The notes under the pieces: generated by a model
Databases searched by the model: none
Told to the model about the DNA's origin: nothing
The model's input: only the letters and a program-made list of their open reading frames with translations
Shown here: positions 14,279 to 28,355 of the stretch, piece by piece
Position numbering within the stretch: position 1 is the first letter of the stretch
Layout of the letters: each line of letters starts with the position of its first letter
Position numbers and translations under genes: made by a program
NCBI GenBank assembly: GCA_001938485.1
Contig: MQRK01248832.1
Coordinates: 30,690-94,689, forward strand
Reading direction: 5' to 3'
DNA length: 64,000 nt
DNA from: Girardia tigrina
Taxonomy: Eukaryota

Positions 14279-14479
14279 CCGTAAATTCCGTACTATAAGC
14301 CGCACTTAAAAACCTGAAATGAGTCATAATTTAAGAGTTGCGGCTTATACGTTTTTATAATGTTTTTATTTGTTTTATAATGTTTATAATGTTTTTTTAT
14401 ATAATGTTATAGCTTATAATGTTTTTCTGGGAAAAGCAGGCGATGTGTGGCTTATAATACGGTTGTGCGAAAATTACGG
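14279..14479. mobile_element. Tc1/pogo-type MITE
   Basis: TA|CCGTAAATT...AATTACGG|TA ends with internal inverted ataagccgca motifs. Confidence 0.75.
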
Positions 14480-15049
14480 TAATACTAGCGGAGGTACCCG
14501 ATGATTAAGGTATTACATATTTTAAAAAATAAAATGCCTTGCTACTAACTTCTTTAAATGTTATTCAGTGACATTACTGTAAAATACACTTCAGTTTTGT
14601 CATTATACTTCTAGTTATTATCAGACTGAACTTTGTTTTTAATTTTTATAATTATCCTACAGAATAACATTAAAATAATTTATAATTTAATCTTAACAAA
14701 AAATAAAAAAATAATAAATTTTTATTGGGATTAATAATTTAATTTTTTAGGGTAGTTCATATTATTATACAATAAAAAAGTTTGCAGCTTTTAGAATTTA
14801 ATTTACTTTTCTTTCTACTTGACTAAATCCATTAATGACATTTAAAAATATTGTTTAAAAATAGACTTTTTTTTCATTTTTTTGTAATAAATATGCCTTA
14901 TTTAATTCTGTTTTAAGCAAAACATATCAAAATAACTTTGACAAAAAAGCGATCATAAATATAACAAAAAATGTAATACTTCGATATATTCTGTAAAGAT
15001 GATTTATTGATGAACTATTTTTTATGATAACAGTTTGAAGGAGACATTT

Positions 15050-15700
15050 TTGGAATCTCTTTTAATATCGGATTGACTTTGACAAGTGAAATGTCTTCTG
15101 TCAAGTCAATCTCATGATATTAGAGCAATTTGGAGAAATATTTCTGCAAAACATAGTGACATTTGATAAAACCCCGTCCTCTGTCTATTTACTGGAACTA
15201 AAATAAGTCTAAGGAGTTGAAAGTCCCAAATGATACGAGTACAAAGAAGCTACAAACATCATCTTGCCACCAGAAATCTCTCATGTTAACAATTTTGTTT
15301 GGCATTTCCATGGTGTGATTTCAATAGATTTTGCTGAGAAAGATGTGAAAATTAACTATTGTTTCCATGTCGAGCAATCCAGAAAGCCAGGAAGTCTAAA
15401 CAAAAATACCACAAATGTAAACTCTTTTTTCTTCTGTATTACACACAAGTGCATTTTGTACGAACCAAATTGAGAAGGTAGGTTTCCTTACCCTCCCTAC
15501 TCACCAGATCTAGCTCCACGTGATAAAAATTTGTTCCTACATATCAAGAAGAATATAGGAGGTAGAAATTTCACATCAAAAGCAGAATTAAGAGACAGTT
15601 CAAGAATTCCTTCAGAAGTAATCTATCATATTCTTCGAAAATACCTTCTTTGAGCTGGTCAGATGTGTACTGAATGTTGGATCATATATTGAATAATAAA
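15050..15700 (+). pseudogene. Decayed mariner transposase
   Basis: NIVTFDKT, WHFHGVISIDF, YPPYSPDLAPRD..LF motifs. Confidence 0.8.
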
Positions 15701-17730
15701 TTCGAATGCATACCAACCAATGTTTGTTAAAAAATTACTCATTTGTCATGTTCTTTTCTACTTCCAGCATCAAACAAATTATATCACCAAAAGATTATCT
15801 ATCTTGTCGTCTCTTTACCAAACATTGATCATCCAATTTATTACTTGAAAACCAGCCAATAACAAGACTGAAACATTTCAACAAAACTAAGTAACTAATT
15901 TAGATTTTATCCATTTCCTCAACTTGTTATCCTGTCAATATTTTTAATGCTTCCGTTACTGTTTATTGTTACAAAATATAACTATATTATTTTGATCTAT
16001 CTTTTATCCGTTATTGTGAGAAAGATTACTGATCTTAATCATCAGTCAAATCCGTCAACTTGATTACTTACACCGGGTATTTAATAGGCATTCTAGGTAA
16101 GTCTCTACAAATCCCTTGATAGATTTAAAGAATTTATTAAATATTCTGAGACAAACCGTTATTACAAAAATGCTTTTAATAAAGGTGGCAGCTGACTGCA
16201 CCATTAGGTAAAGTAGTTTAATAAATCAATAAATTAATTTATCAAATGCCCAAACATAAAAATATTCAAATCATATGAACATAATTAAGTAATGAATTTG
16301 TTTAACAATTCCTATCATAAATCACAATATATTATATCTCTTATTCCCAATCATTCTGTAGGCGATTCACATATTTAAGCCTCAACCTCTCGACATATTT
16401 AAATAGAATTTGAAAATCTAACCAGATCCAAAACCAATACATAAACATATAAGAATCATTAAAATAAAGAATGATAACTGTTAAATCCTTTCTGTCATTT
16501 CATTTGTAGAAAATTGTGTTTGGATGGTGATATTTTTTGCGTATTAAATTATTGTTTATCTTTATTGTTTGGCGTCATTAGATGTACGAAGCAGAAGAAA
16601 ACAAGAATGAAAGAAAAGACAATGAGAGAAAATAAAGTGAAAGAAAACAAAATGAAAGAAAATTATATTTATTCCCCCCATAATAATATAATTATTATAT
16701 CAATAACAATTAAAAATATCGAATAAAAATTAAATTAAAAAAATCAATAATAAAATTGTTATAGAAATTATAAATTCTTGCAAGACGTCTGAAGTTGTTT
16801 GTACATTGCATTATCTCCAAAATCCAATTCCAGCATCTTATATCATCATAAGAATTTTACACGAAAAATTCAACACAAGCAACTAATTCTTCTGAGACAA
16901 TATATGGACATTTCTTTATTGCGTCTACTCAAACAAGAACCAAGTGAACTATTTAATTTAATATTGTGGTTGGAATAATTAAAGTAATATTTGTTTTGGT
17001 TATTTCCTCATTACGGACTTTACTTTTGTTCTGTGATATTGTAGTTCTTCTTTTACCTCTTCCTGTTCAGAGTTTTATTAATTAAAATATTCATTACTTT
17101 TTATCTACTTTTATCTACTATTATCTACTTTTATTATTGTCACTAGTGTGAACGTATAGTTTTCTGATTATCAGTGAACACGTTTATAAGATTAACTATT
17201 CTCATATAAATTATACTCTAATAACAATGAATTTATAATAATTGTAATGAAATTTCAATACTTAAATTTTAATATTAAAGTCTAATAATAATTAATAGTT
17301 AAAGGAAATGATTCTTTTTCTTAAAGACTGAAATTTCACAATTTCTTAACACGAAATAATTGATAAAAATTACTGAATAATTAAATGAATGTGGATTCAT
17401 TCCTCATCAAACAGGAAGAATTGTAAAAGAAGAGAGATATCAATTCCAATTATCCATATCAGATGAAATAATATTCCATTCTTTCAATTATATTTCAGTT
17501 AAACCTCATATTTAAAATTATTTTAATATAACAAAGCGGAAAGGGATTTATTTTTCTACTTCGACATCCTTTTTCAATAATTTTTTGCATAAAAAATAAT
17601 ACAAAAATAATATTTTTCTTCCTTTCATATATTAAAACAATTTCTAATAAGTTAAAATTTTTAATTATTCAAACTAAGTATTTTTTTATAAAAAATAAAT
17701 TTAACGAATAATAATTTTTATATTATATAT

Positions 17731-17905
17731 TGTGGTGCTCATGAAAATTTGCTATCCTGGTGGCCACGAATATAAATCTGCGTTCCAGGAAGCCGCGGTG
17801 CTAGTCAGATCCGATCGAGGGCCAGTCGTCATTGAACCGGCCGATGCTTCCCGCATGCGAAATGGGTGCTGGCCTTCACATCACGATCTGCAAGCCAGCA
17901 CCATA
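17731..17905. repeat. GC-rich ~175-bp element related to the core of the Helitron-like repeat at 31850-32090
   Basis: Shared gaagccg...ccga(t/c)cg...tcgt...aaccgg..atg...cttcccg...ggtgctggcc...gcc(a/g)gcacc. Confidence 0.5.
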
Positions 17906-18469
17906 TATATCTAAAATATTTTTGATGATTGTATAGGGTAGGGGTCTCAAAACTCCGGCCCGCGACACAATTCCACAAATGTAGACAACTTACATTGAAT
18001 ACAAAAATCAAATAACGATTTTCAATAATTTAAACTTTAAATTTAACTTTAAATTATTAAGTTAATAACTCATTAATAAATATAAAAAATAATTTCATTT
18101 TTTATTATTAATATAAACAAGAAAAATTTTAAACATGTAAATATACTTATATATTAAAATCACATATTGTTATTTATAACTTAATTTCGTTTCCATATTT
18201 GGTCAAACTATTCGTCGGAAATCTACTCCCATCAGCATCTCTAATCGGAGTTTAAAAGAATTTATACTATAGGGGGTCCAGTATATTATTTTTTCCTTAA
18301 TAACTGCGTTTTGCATGGGTGCTCTAAATAATACAAACAATCAACTGCTGGAAGCATTAATATTTTAATGTTTGTTTAAATGTATGAAAATTTATTAAAT
18401 TTTAATTTGTTTTTACAATGAATATTCTTCAATATTCTGTAGAAAATTGTTATTGTGCAAGTAAAATGA

Positions 18470-19490
18470 GTGTTGATCAAGTGAATTTTTTAGTTAAAAT
18501 TTTGAGTTTAAACTATTATATGGACGTTAAGATATATGATTTCTTATAAACTTCTTTTGTAGTAAAAGTATTAGTTTACGAATATTACATCAACTGCTAA
18601 AGGAGTTTAAAAGTGGTAGAGAGTCTGTGTAAGATATCCGAGTAGATATCACCGGATGACTGTGCATTTCATAAACCAATGAAAGTATAACAAGAGTTAA
18701 CAGATTGGTAAATGAAAATAGCGAATATTTGTAGATAGATGGAAGATATTACTGGAATACCTAAAACTGTTGTTCACAGAAGTATCACTGCAGAATCAGA
18801 CTTGACAAAATTTACTGCAAAATAGATTCCTTATCAGCCGTCAGAGGAACATATAATAAATCGTGTTTAAATTTTTCGGCGGTTGCAACAAACTTTGAAG
18901 AAGAGGCACGAAGGAGAGATTGTTCGCTTGCGATGAAAATTGGATGTACTATAAGTCCTTTCCATCACCGAAAGCAGTCTGCAAATAGATTTTGGTTTTT
19001 GGTGATTTGAACTTTGCAAAATCAACAATCGTGCGACAATCACAATGTTGAAAAAATTATGATTATTTTAACGGTGAATTTTATTGGCAATTTTTATTTA
19101 GAAATACTAGAAGATGGAGGGTCAATAAGTGCTGGCCGATACATTCCGTAATATTTTTTTTGAATAACTATATAACAAGGGAGTACCTAATGAACGTGTT
19201 TTATCGATGCATGACAACGCACGACTCCACACAGCAGTTGCTACAGTTAATTTTATAAGTTTTGTAATTGAATGCAGTGACTAAAACCCATATTCTCCAG
19301 ATTTGAATTTGCTTGACCGATATTTATTTGCAAATAAGTCAAAATTTTGTCAACCTTTATGAGTTTGAAGATTTATGTGACTGCTTTTATAAAATGGTCT
19401 CACAACTCACCAATTGAACAAGGAATTTAACTGTTTACTACAAGATTGTTATACAATTGTTGAAGCCAAAGGTAATTATCGAAAATAAAT
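18470..19490 (+). pseudogene. Decayed mariner transposase
   Basis: EFKSGRESV, CDENWMY, HDNARLHTA, PYSPDLNLLD motifs with stops. Confidence 0.8.
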
Positions 19491-19941
19491 ATGTAATTAC
19501 AAAGCTCATTATATACTGTTATTTAATGCGATTGTTATTTGTTTAGGTTCAATGCTGTTTTTGTAATGAGATAACTTCCGATTTTATATATTTCACCGAA
19601 AATGTTTAGATATTTAAATTTGAATTAGATGTAGCGGTAATGACTGATAATAATATAAATATAAACTGATAATATAAACGATAATGACTGAATATATATT
19701 TTATTGATTTATTAATTTGTTCGGTATTACCGTTTTTTTTATTTGGTTGAAACAACTTATAATTTTTTATATAAAAAAAACAAATGTGCAAAAACTTTAC
19801 ATGTTTTCTACAAAATAACAGCAGTAATAAAAATTAACAATTTTTTTAAAATAAACCAATTCATTTAACATTAATAAAAATAAACACATATCCGAATCTA
19901 AAAATACGTGAGTATCTTTTGAACAACACAACATGCACATG

Positions 19942-20790
19942 TAGTCAACCCTCATCAATCCGACAAATTAGATTTCGATTTTCTTCAGCATTGTAAATTA
20001 ATTAATGAAGGAATGACAAATCGATATGATGACCAAATTAGTGATGAAATTGTTAAGAAAAAGACAATTATTTATTTAAAAAAATCATCTAAAGGTTTTT
20101 GAAGAGTTTTCTTATGAATGAATTTCTGTAAATCATCTTTGACTTCTTATAAATTTTTTATTGTATATTTTTGGTTATTTTTGTGTAAAGCTGTTTGACG
20201 AAAAATTTGCTTGGATAACAATTTCAATTATATGATATAAATAGCTTGGACTTATGTTGTAACTGTCATCGACCTGACCATCTTCAGTACTAAGTACAAC
20301 ATCTTCAACAGTGTATTATTTCCCATTCAGTTTGCCGTATTCAGTCAATTCTTGCAAATTTCTCAACCATTTTTTTATGGAGTCAAACATCAATATCATT
20401 CATCTATTCCATGGAGAATTTTCAATTTCAGATTAAACTGATTTTCGAATCTATAGAGCCATCCTTTGCTGAATCGCAGGTCGTCAACATTTAGTTTTTG
20501 TTCAAATTCTTTAGCTTTTATAATGATAATTTCATCGGTCACGTATTCATTTATTGCATCTATTTTCGATATCCATTCGATCAATGAAGTCTTTATTTTA
20601 TAATTTTTATTTTTCAAAAGTTTTGATAAAACAGACATTCATAGCTTCTGGTTTTATTCTCTTCTGATAATTTGAGACAATTTACACAGCGATATTTTCT
20701 TCGACTTCTTTATTGCTCAAATTTTTGACTTTTGATGAATTATAATTTCTGTTCTTTTCCCAGTCATAAGGATATTTAATTGAAATAATT
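19942..20790 (-). mobile_element. Tigger/pogo-like remnant (CENP-B-type HTH)
   Basis: ORF 20396-20638 LIEWI...KAKEF...FSKGWLYRF; terminus tagtcaaccctc. Confidence 0.7.
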
Positions 20791-22252
20791 TATGGTCTAT
20801 AGTCGATTTCAGATGTTTTCGACACTGATGAGAAATGCTTGCTTTTTATTGCTGATTTTTTATTGAATTTAAACTAAATTTAAAAAATAAACGAATTTGT
20901 CTTAGTTCAATATTATATTCAAAGATATAAAAATTAAAAAGAACCGTTGATAATCGAAATGAAAATCCAATGAAACTTTGTTAAAAAAATAATTTAAAAT
21001 TTGAACATTAGTTTATATTCAGCAGGAACTTTCTCGACATCTTTATATTTAATAATAAAAAAAATTATATAATCATTTTTCTAAATACATTTTTAGAATA
21101 ATTTTAAAGATACATTTGAATAACTCTGTAACTATTAGTTTTATATTATTATTAAAATTTAAATTAGACGAATATGTTAATGAATGAAAGTAACTTTTAA
21201 TGCTTATACAATCATTTAATAATTATTTCATTAAAATGTGTTAAAAAATCTGTTTTTATTTTCATATCTGATGAAAAATATTTGAGAGCAATGTATTTTC
21301 TTTAGACTCTATTAAACAGTTGTTTAGACAGATTATTTTACACTAGAAAAAAACTAATCAAAATTTTCAAAGTAAGTGTTTTGAAAGGAATGAATGTCTT
21401 CACCGCTCCTAACAANNNNNNNNNNNNNNNNNNNNNNNNNNNNNNNNNNNNNNNNNNNNNNNNNNNNNNNNNNNNNNNNNNNNNNNNNNNNNNNNNNNNN
21501 NNNNNNNNNNNNNNNNNNNNNNNNNNNNNNNNNNNNNNNNNNNNNNNNNNNNNNNNNNNNNNNNNNNNNNNNNNNNNNNNNNNNNNNNNNNNNNNNNNNN
21601 NNNNNNNNNNNNNNNNNNNNNNNNNNNNNNNNNNNNNNNNNNNNNNNNTTTTGATTATCGGTTTTTTGATTATTATATTTCAATTTATTATAACAAATCA
21701 TTTGGAAGATTTGTTCCTTTTTGAGGCAATAAAAATTTGCTCTCATATTTAATGCCAAAGAATATCAATTAGGAAAGGTTGATTATAATTTTCATATGTT
21801 ATAGAAAATTAATTCAGTAGACAACTATTGTTTTTTTTTAATAAAGGAAAAAAATTAAATTATTATAATTTTTATATTATATTATATTAAAATATAGTAT
21901 CATCCACATTTTAACGAGAAAATCCTTCTGATGAATAATTCTTGCATTGAATAGTATCCAGTGGATTAATTAAGTGGGTTTATTTAAATAACATGGACAT
22001 GCATAATCAGGATCTAGGACAACTGGCAGGATGAGTTACTGAAAAATTCAGGTTTTCAGTTTCCTACCCATTTTGATAAATTTTATGAAACCATAAAAAT
22101 AGAAAAAGATTTTTCTTTTTTTTCTGCCTAAGCATGAACTTGTACAAGTAAATTTGCCAAATATCGCGTTTTGACATCTGCAATTAAAATTGAAATTATT
22201 AACAAAAGTAACATTATAATAAGTTTCAGTTAAATATAACTGAAAGACTATA

Positions 22253-23408
22253 CAGGGTGCGGCAGCTATTTGATAACACGTAATATAGACACCATATCTT
22301 TTTGTGTGTTATAATTACATAATTTTATTTTTGCTGGTAGACATGGCAGAAGCTACTCTTACGAATGNNNNNNNNNNNNNNNNNNNNNNNNNNNNNNNNN
22401 NNNNNNNNNNNNNNNNNNNNNNNNNNNNNNNNNNNNNNNNNNNNNNNNNNNNNNNNNNNNNNNNNNNNNNNNNNNNNNNNNNNNNNNNNNNNNNNNNNNN
22501 NNNNNNNNNNNNNNNNNNNNNNNNNNNNNNNNNNNNNNNNNNNNNNNNNNNNNNNNNNNNNNNNNNNNNNNNNNNNNNNNNNNNNNNNNNNNNNNNNNNN
22601 NNNNNNNNNNNNNNNNNNNNNNNNNNNNNNNNNNNNNNNNNNNNNNNNNNNNNNNNNNNNNNNNNNNNNNNNNNNNNNNNNNNNNNNNNNNNNNNNNNNN
22701 NNNNNNNNNNNNNNNNNNNNNNNNNNNNNNNNNNNNNNNNNNNNNNNNNNNNNNNNNNNNNNNNNNNNNNNNNNNNNNNNNNNNNNNNNNNNNNNNNNNN
22801 NNNNNNNNNNNNNNNNNNNNNNNNNNNNNNNNNNNNNNNNNNNNNNNNNNNNNNNNNNNNNNNNNNNNNNNNNNNNNNNNNNNNNNNNNNNNNNNNNNNN
22901 NNNNNNNNNNNNNNNNNNNNNNNNNNNNNNNNNNNNNNNNNNNNNNNNNNNNNNNNNNNNNNNNNNNNNNNNNNNNNNNNNNNNNNNNNNNNNNNNNNNN
23001 NNNNNNNNNNNNNNNNNNNNNNNNNNNNNNNNNNNNNNNNNNNNNNNNNNNNNNNNNNNNNNNNNNNNNNNNNNNNNNNNNNNNNNNNNNNNNNNNNNNN
23101 NNNNNNNNNNNNNNNNNNNNNNNNNNNNNNNNNNNNNNNNNNNNNNNNNNNNNNNNNNNNNNNNNNNNNNNNNNNNNNNNNNNNNNNNNNNNNNNNNNNN
23201 NNNNNNNNNNNNNNNNNNNNNNNNNNNNNNNNNNNNNNNNNNNNNNNNNNNNNNNNNNNNNNNNNNNNNNNNNNNNNNNNNNNNNNNNNNNNNNNNNNTA
23301 CGTGTTAATATATGTAAAATTTTAAATTGTAATAAATGTTATTTTTCTGTTGTATATTCATTTTTTGAACTTTATGTCATTTTGTTCTCAAATAGCTGCC
23401 GCACCCTG
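22253..23408 (+). mobile_element. Tc1/mariner-family element spanning an assembly gap
   Basis: TA|CAGGGTGCGGCAGCTATTTGA...TCAAATAGCTGCCGCACCCTG|TA perfect TIRs; a candidate ATG (MAEATLTN) precedes the gap. Confidence 0.85.
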
Positions 23409-23943
23409 TAAATTAAGCTTTTGAATGACTCATAACATCATAAATTACAAAACATAAATGATGCTTTAGTCGTATAACATTGCGGTAAATATAAAATATC
23501 AAAAACCTACATTCCTTATGTAACAACCTAATAGTTAACTGTTTAATTTGCCTAAAATAAAGTAAGCTGATATTATTTAATGTCATTTGAATTAAATGTA
23601 ACTCAAAGTAATAATTAAAAAGCTTCCAAAGAAATTTAATTTATTTGAAATCATATTTAGGAATAAAAACATTTTGCTCGAAAGAAAGTTTCCCAAATCC
23701 TTCAAAGAAAATAATCTGGAACTCTAAGTAAATTAAAGGTGTAAGAAAGTTTGGTGATTGACATAGATAATCGCCGAGCTTACCTTACAAGCAATACGAA
23801 AAAATTACGAAAATATTTAATTTAATAATCTTTAATTATAAACTATGAGAAAAACAAATAAGAAGACCAAAATTTGATTCACAGATTATTTTAAAAATTT
23901 CGCAATAAATTTGAAATAAAAGAGCTTTTAATTTAAATTATCT

Positions 23944-24250
23944 TTGGTTAAAAACCAATTTTTATCAAATGAATGTAGAAAGAGAATCGCCAATGCGTTT
24001 GCTAATTGGAACTTACCTTCGCTAATTGCAGGAATTTTAGGGTTTAAAACGCGAGCTGTTTATACAGTTTTAAACAAATATAAGAATTGGCGAGAATATC
24101 GAGAAAAATATGAGAGATGGAGTACGTAGAAAATGACTTTCCGACGAACAAAAAAGAATTTTGCATCAAATGATTGAAAAGGATTGTACTCTAACGGTAA
24201 AAGCGTTAAATGAAAAATATCTAAGTGTTTAATGTAAACTCTAAGGTAAA
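23944..24250 (+). pseudogene. IS630/Tc1-like transposase N-terminal HTH remnant
   Basis: SNECRKRIANA...IAGILG...VYTVLNKY pattern. Confidence 0.45.
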
Positions 24251-24618
24251 CCAAAATAAAGAGGAAACACAAGAAAAAAAGCAAATTTGGTGTCCTTTCC
24301 AAACGGTACGTGATTTTAAGTCGCTGCCATTTAATCGCCGGAAAAGTAGTCGCCAGAAAATTAGTCGCTGGATGTTTAATAAATAATATAATTGTGAAGA
24401 ATAAGCTCATTCTTTAAATTTTTGAATAAATAATTTTTTATAAATAATATTTGAAATAAGTAAATATTTAAAATCAAAAGTTTTCTAAATATTTATAATG
24501 TAAAAATATATCGTAATTAATTTTAAAAAGTTATTTTAGAAAATAATCGAATTTTATTTGTAGAGTAAAAAACTTAAAATGAAATTAATTGGGAAATAAT
24601 GAATTTTTAAATAATTGA

Positions 24619-24621
<3 letters not shown>

Positions 24622-24656
<35 letters not shown>
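24622..24656. repeat. (TA)n microsatellite
   Basis: Direct observation; others at ~25645-25683 and ~44937-44972. Confidence 0.95.
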
Positions 24657-24658
<2 letters not shown>

Positions 24659-25567
24659 AGGATAAAATAGGTTGTAATAATTTTAAAAGTTATTCTAAAC
24701 AGTTTTGTAAAAAAAATTTAATTAAGACTTTTATCATTAACGTATCGTAANNNNNNNNNNNNNNNNNNNNNNNNNNNNNNNNNNNNNNNNNNNNNNNNNN
24801 NNNNNNNNNNNNNNNNNNNNNNNNNNNNNNNNNNNNNNNNNNNNNNNNNNNNNNNNNNNNNNNNNNNNNNNNNNNNNNNNNNNNNNNNNNNNNNNNNNNN
24901 NNNNNNNNNNNNNNNNNNNNNNNNNNNNNNNNNNNNNNNNNNNNNNNNNNNNNNNNNNNNNNNNNNNNNNNNNNNNNNNNNNNNNNNNNNNNNNNNNNNN
25001 NNNNNNNNNNNNNNNNNNNNNNNNNNNNNNNNNNNNNNNNNNNNNNNNNNNNNNNNNNNNNNNNNNNNNNNNNNNNNNNNNNNNNNNNNNNNNNNNNNNN
25101 NNNNNNNNNNNNNNNNNNNNNNNNNNNNNNNNNNNNNNNNNNNNNNNNNNNNNNNNNNNNNNNNNNNNNNNNNNNNNNNNNNNNNNNNNNNNNNNNNNNN
25201 NNNNNNNNNNNNNNNNNNNNNNNNNNNNNNNNNNNNNNNNNNNNNNNNNNNNNNNNNNNNNNNNNNNNNNNNNNNNNNNNNNNNNNNNNNNNNNNNNNNN
25301 NNNNNNNNNNNNNNNNNNNNNNNNNNNNNNNNNNNNNNNNNNNNNNNNNNNNNNNNNNNNNNNNNNNNNNNNNNNNNNNNNNNNNNNNNNNNNNNNNNNN
25401 NNNNNNNNNNNNNNNNNNNNNNNNNNNNNNNNNNNNNNNNNNNNNNNNNNNNNNNNNNNNNNNNNNNNNNNNNNNNNNNNNNNNNNNNNNNNNNNNNNNN
25501 NNNNNNNNNNNNNNNNNNNNNNNNNNNNNNNNNNNNNNNNNNNNNNNNNNNNNNNNNNNNNNNNNNN

Positions 25568-25601
25568 TGATGATGGGATTTTTATTATCTCGAAACGCGT
25601 C
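25568..25601 (+). ncRNA. Minimal hammerhead ribozyme (5' part lost in gap)
   Basis: (C)TGATGA-t-gggat...atctc-GAAA-cgcg-TC; canonical PLE GAAACGCGTC motif. Confidence 0.7.
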
Positions 25602-25640
25602 GTCTTGTTTTTATCCCTATTATATAGATTTTACTTTGCA

Positions 25641-25687
<47 letters not shown>

Positions 25688-26078
25688 CTCTCAAAATATA
25701 AGGATCGCTTTGCACGTTAAAATGAGGTTCATAAAACTTCAGTAATTATCCTTTTATGATTATTATCAAAGTTGCTTATTACTGTCTCTTTCTACGAAAT
25801 ACATAACATTTCAATGCATGATTTATAATCGAACTATTTCTACCTAATTAAGTACATTTAACAATTATCGTAAAAAAGATTTGAGGTAAAGATTTGTCTC
25901 TCCTTTTTTAATGTAAAAATGAGAGAAATTTAAATGTAATGTAAATGAGAGAATAGCAAATTGTTGAACTCTAAAACTGTGTTATATTTTTAAATAAATG
26001 GGAAATCGTAATAAGATTAAGGGGTTTGAAATTCCAAATTTGATTTAGTAAAATAAAATTTATTTTCAAATTTAATTA

Positions 26079-28195
26079 CACTGGTTGACGAAAAAAAATT
26101 TTTTTTGAGGTTTTAAGGTTTCTTAGCCAATTACATACTATTTTTACATGCTGATGACGAATATGTTATTAGTTTTTCTCATTTGGCCCCTGTTTTCACA
26201 TAATTTAATTTATTTAAATGCACATTTCACAAGCTATTTTTCTATTGGTATGTAAAACATCAAATTCAGAAAAAGTTAAGGTGAAATAAATTGTCTCTTC
26301 TTGGCTTTGCGGGCATGGGAGGCATTAGGCGAGCATATTCACGTCCCAGCGGCCATGATAACGCTCCTCCATGACTCGTATATCTTGGTGGAACCTCTCT
26401 CCTTGCTCCTCACTGTAATCTCCGCAGTAACAACTCTCTGGTAGTCTTCGCTGCGGTGGTTGTCCAGGAAATTTTGGATAATTGACTTCAAGGCAGTCCA
26501 TGCACGTTTCTCCTTTGGCGCAAGTGATTTTTCGAAATTTGGATTATTAGGGGTTAATTTAAATTTTTATCTCGCCTGAATAATTTATTATTTTTTAATT
26601 TAAAGGTTAAAATATTTTTATGTTAATATGCTTATTCAATATTTTAAAAATTAAAAATGGTATAATAAAACAACTATTAAAAAATCAAAAACGTTTTTAA
26701 AAATAAAATATTTTTTAATGTTTTTAAATATTTAAAAAAAAATTAAAGTCTACAATAAATGTCAAAAAAATTATAGATTCAATGAAACGCTAAATATATT
26801 AAATACTTATCTTCATGTCTCCATAAATGAGCCACTCGTGACTCTTGTAATTCAAAGAGTTTAGTACAAGCTCCATGTTGTAGTACGTTTCGCTCATTTG
26901 AACTGAGTGGCCAACAGGAACAATGGCAACCTTGTCGCCATTATGGAGGAGGACTGCTTTCAAGCTGCGACTTGAGGAGTCTATAAAGAGACGCCATTCT
27001 TTAGGTTGATTAACTACACCCAATGCTGTGATTAGACCACCAATATTATTGAAGTACACCAAAAATGCTTCTTCGTCCATTCTGAAGAACTGACAAAACT
27101 CCTCACGATCTCGATACCAGTAGTAGGTCACATCTGCCTACAGCAAATGATGTTCATTGAATCGCGATGCCAGCAGCTATGAAGAATCCTTCGACAATCC
27201 AAATCCCTCGTCAAATCATTGAGCTCTGCCTGCGTTAATGGTCTGGGCTGCTTGGAGTCCATGTGTGATTTTTCTGAAGCATAGCTTTCACTGCACACAC
27301 AGTTTTTGATGATGATGAAGTGGAAGAAGAGTCAGGAGGTTTAGGAATTGGTAACCCAGGACCATAGGAATGGGTCTCTGAGCGGAGGTTACATCAGGAT
27401 ACACAACATGCTTCTTCTTCTTAGTTGTCAGACCTATAAAAACATAATATTGGTCAGATGTACTCTAATAAAGTTGAATGTTCATGTTATTTATTTTACC
27501 TTTAATATTTGTCAAGCAGAAATAACAGTCAATAGAGTGGTCTCTACCCTCGCTCTACATCATAGGAACAGCAAAGGGGAGATAGTCCTTCGATTTGTTC
27601 CACCATCCACGGTGATTATTGACACAGGTCTAGCAACAAAAATGAGGGGCAAACGCTTTGTTCTGGTCACCTAATTTTACGCCAAAGTAAGCATGGTAGC
27701 TTTTCTTCACGAATTCAGTGATGTTGAGTTTTCTCTTGGGAAAGGTAAATTGTCCACAGATGTAACAGAACCTATCTGAATGATTTTTACAATCCTATTC
27801 ATTAGAAGGCTGAATTAAAAAGGCAATAATCTGAAAAATTAGTATATTTCATAATAATTAACAATATGCATCTTATCCTTACATGATAAATTGGAAATCG
27901 AACTACTGCCATCTGGTAATTTTTATGTATTTTATGCATTAAAACAATTCCATAAGTTTGTGTTATCATAAAATAAAGACAATATATAAATTATGAGAAC
28001 TCATATAAATTATAATTATATTTATAATTATTATTTATATAAACATACAGCAAATATTTGGAAAAAATAATAAAATTGACATAAAAAATTTTTATAACCA
28101 ACTGAGAGAAAAATATAGTATATTCGAAATCAGGGAAAAAACTGATCTAGAAACTGTAAATCATATTAAAAACTCAAAAATTTCGTTAACCAGTG
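26079..28195 (-). mobile_element. Chapaev3-type DNA transposon, decayed transposase
   Basis: TIRs CACTGGTTGACGAAA/TTTCGTTAACCAGTG with TTA TSD; N-terminal CKNHSDRFCYICG...APHFCC; EWRLFIDSSSRSLKAVLLHNG; YSEEQGERFHQDI. Confidence 0.85.
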
Positions 28196-28355
28196 TTATC
28201 AATAATAATTTAAATTAATTTCTTAAATAAAGTGAGAATTGAGATTCATTTAACATAAAATTATTTTTAATGTATTAAAGTATAATGTTTAGAATAATAA
28301 AAACATTTGCCCCATTTATCAAGTTTCAGTGTAGAAGATAAACTATTCTTTAAGC

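Noticed and set aside
26151-26175. CTGATGA as a possible hammerhead core (also 16038 minus, 44817, 53945)
   Set aside because: No stem II followed by GAAA and NUH.
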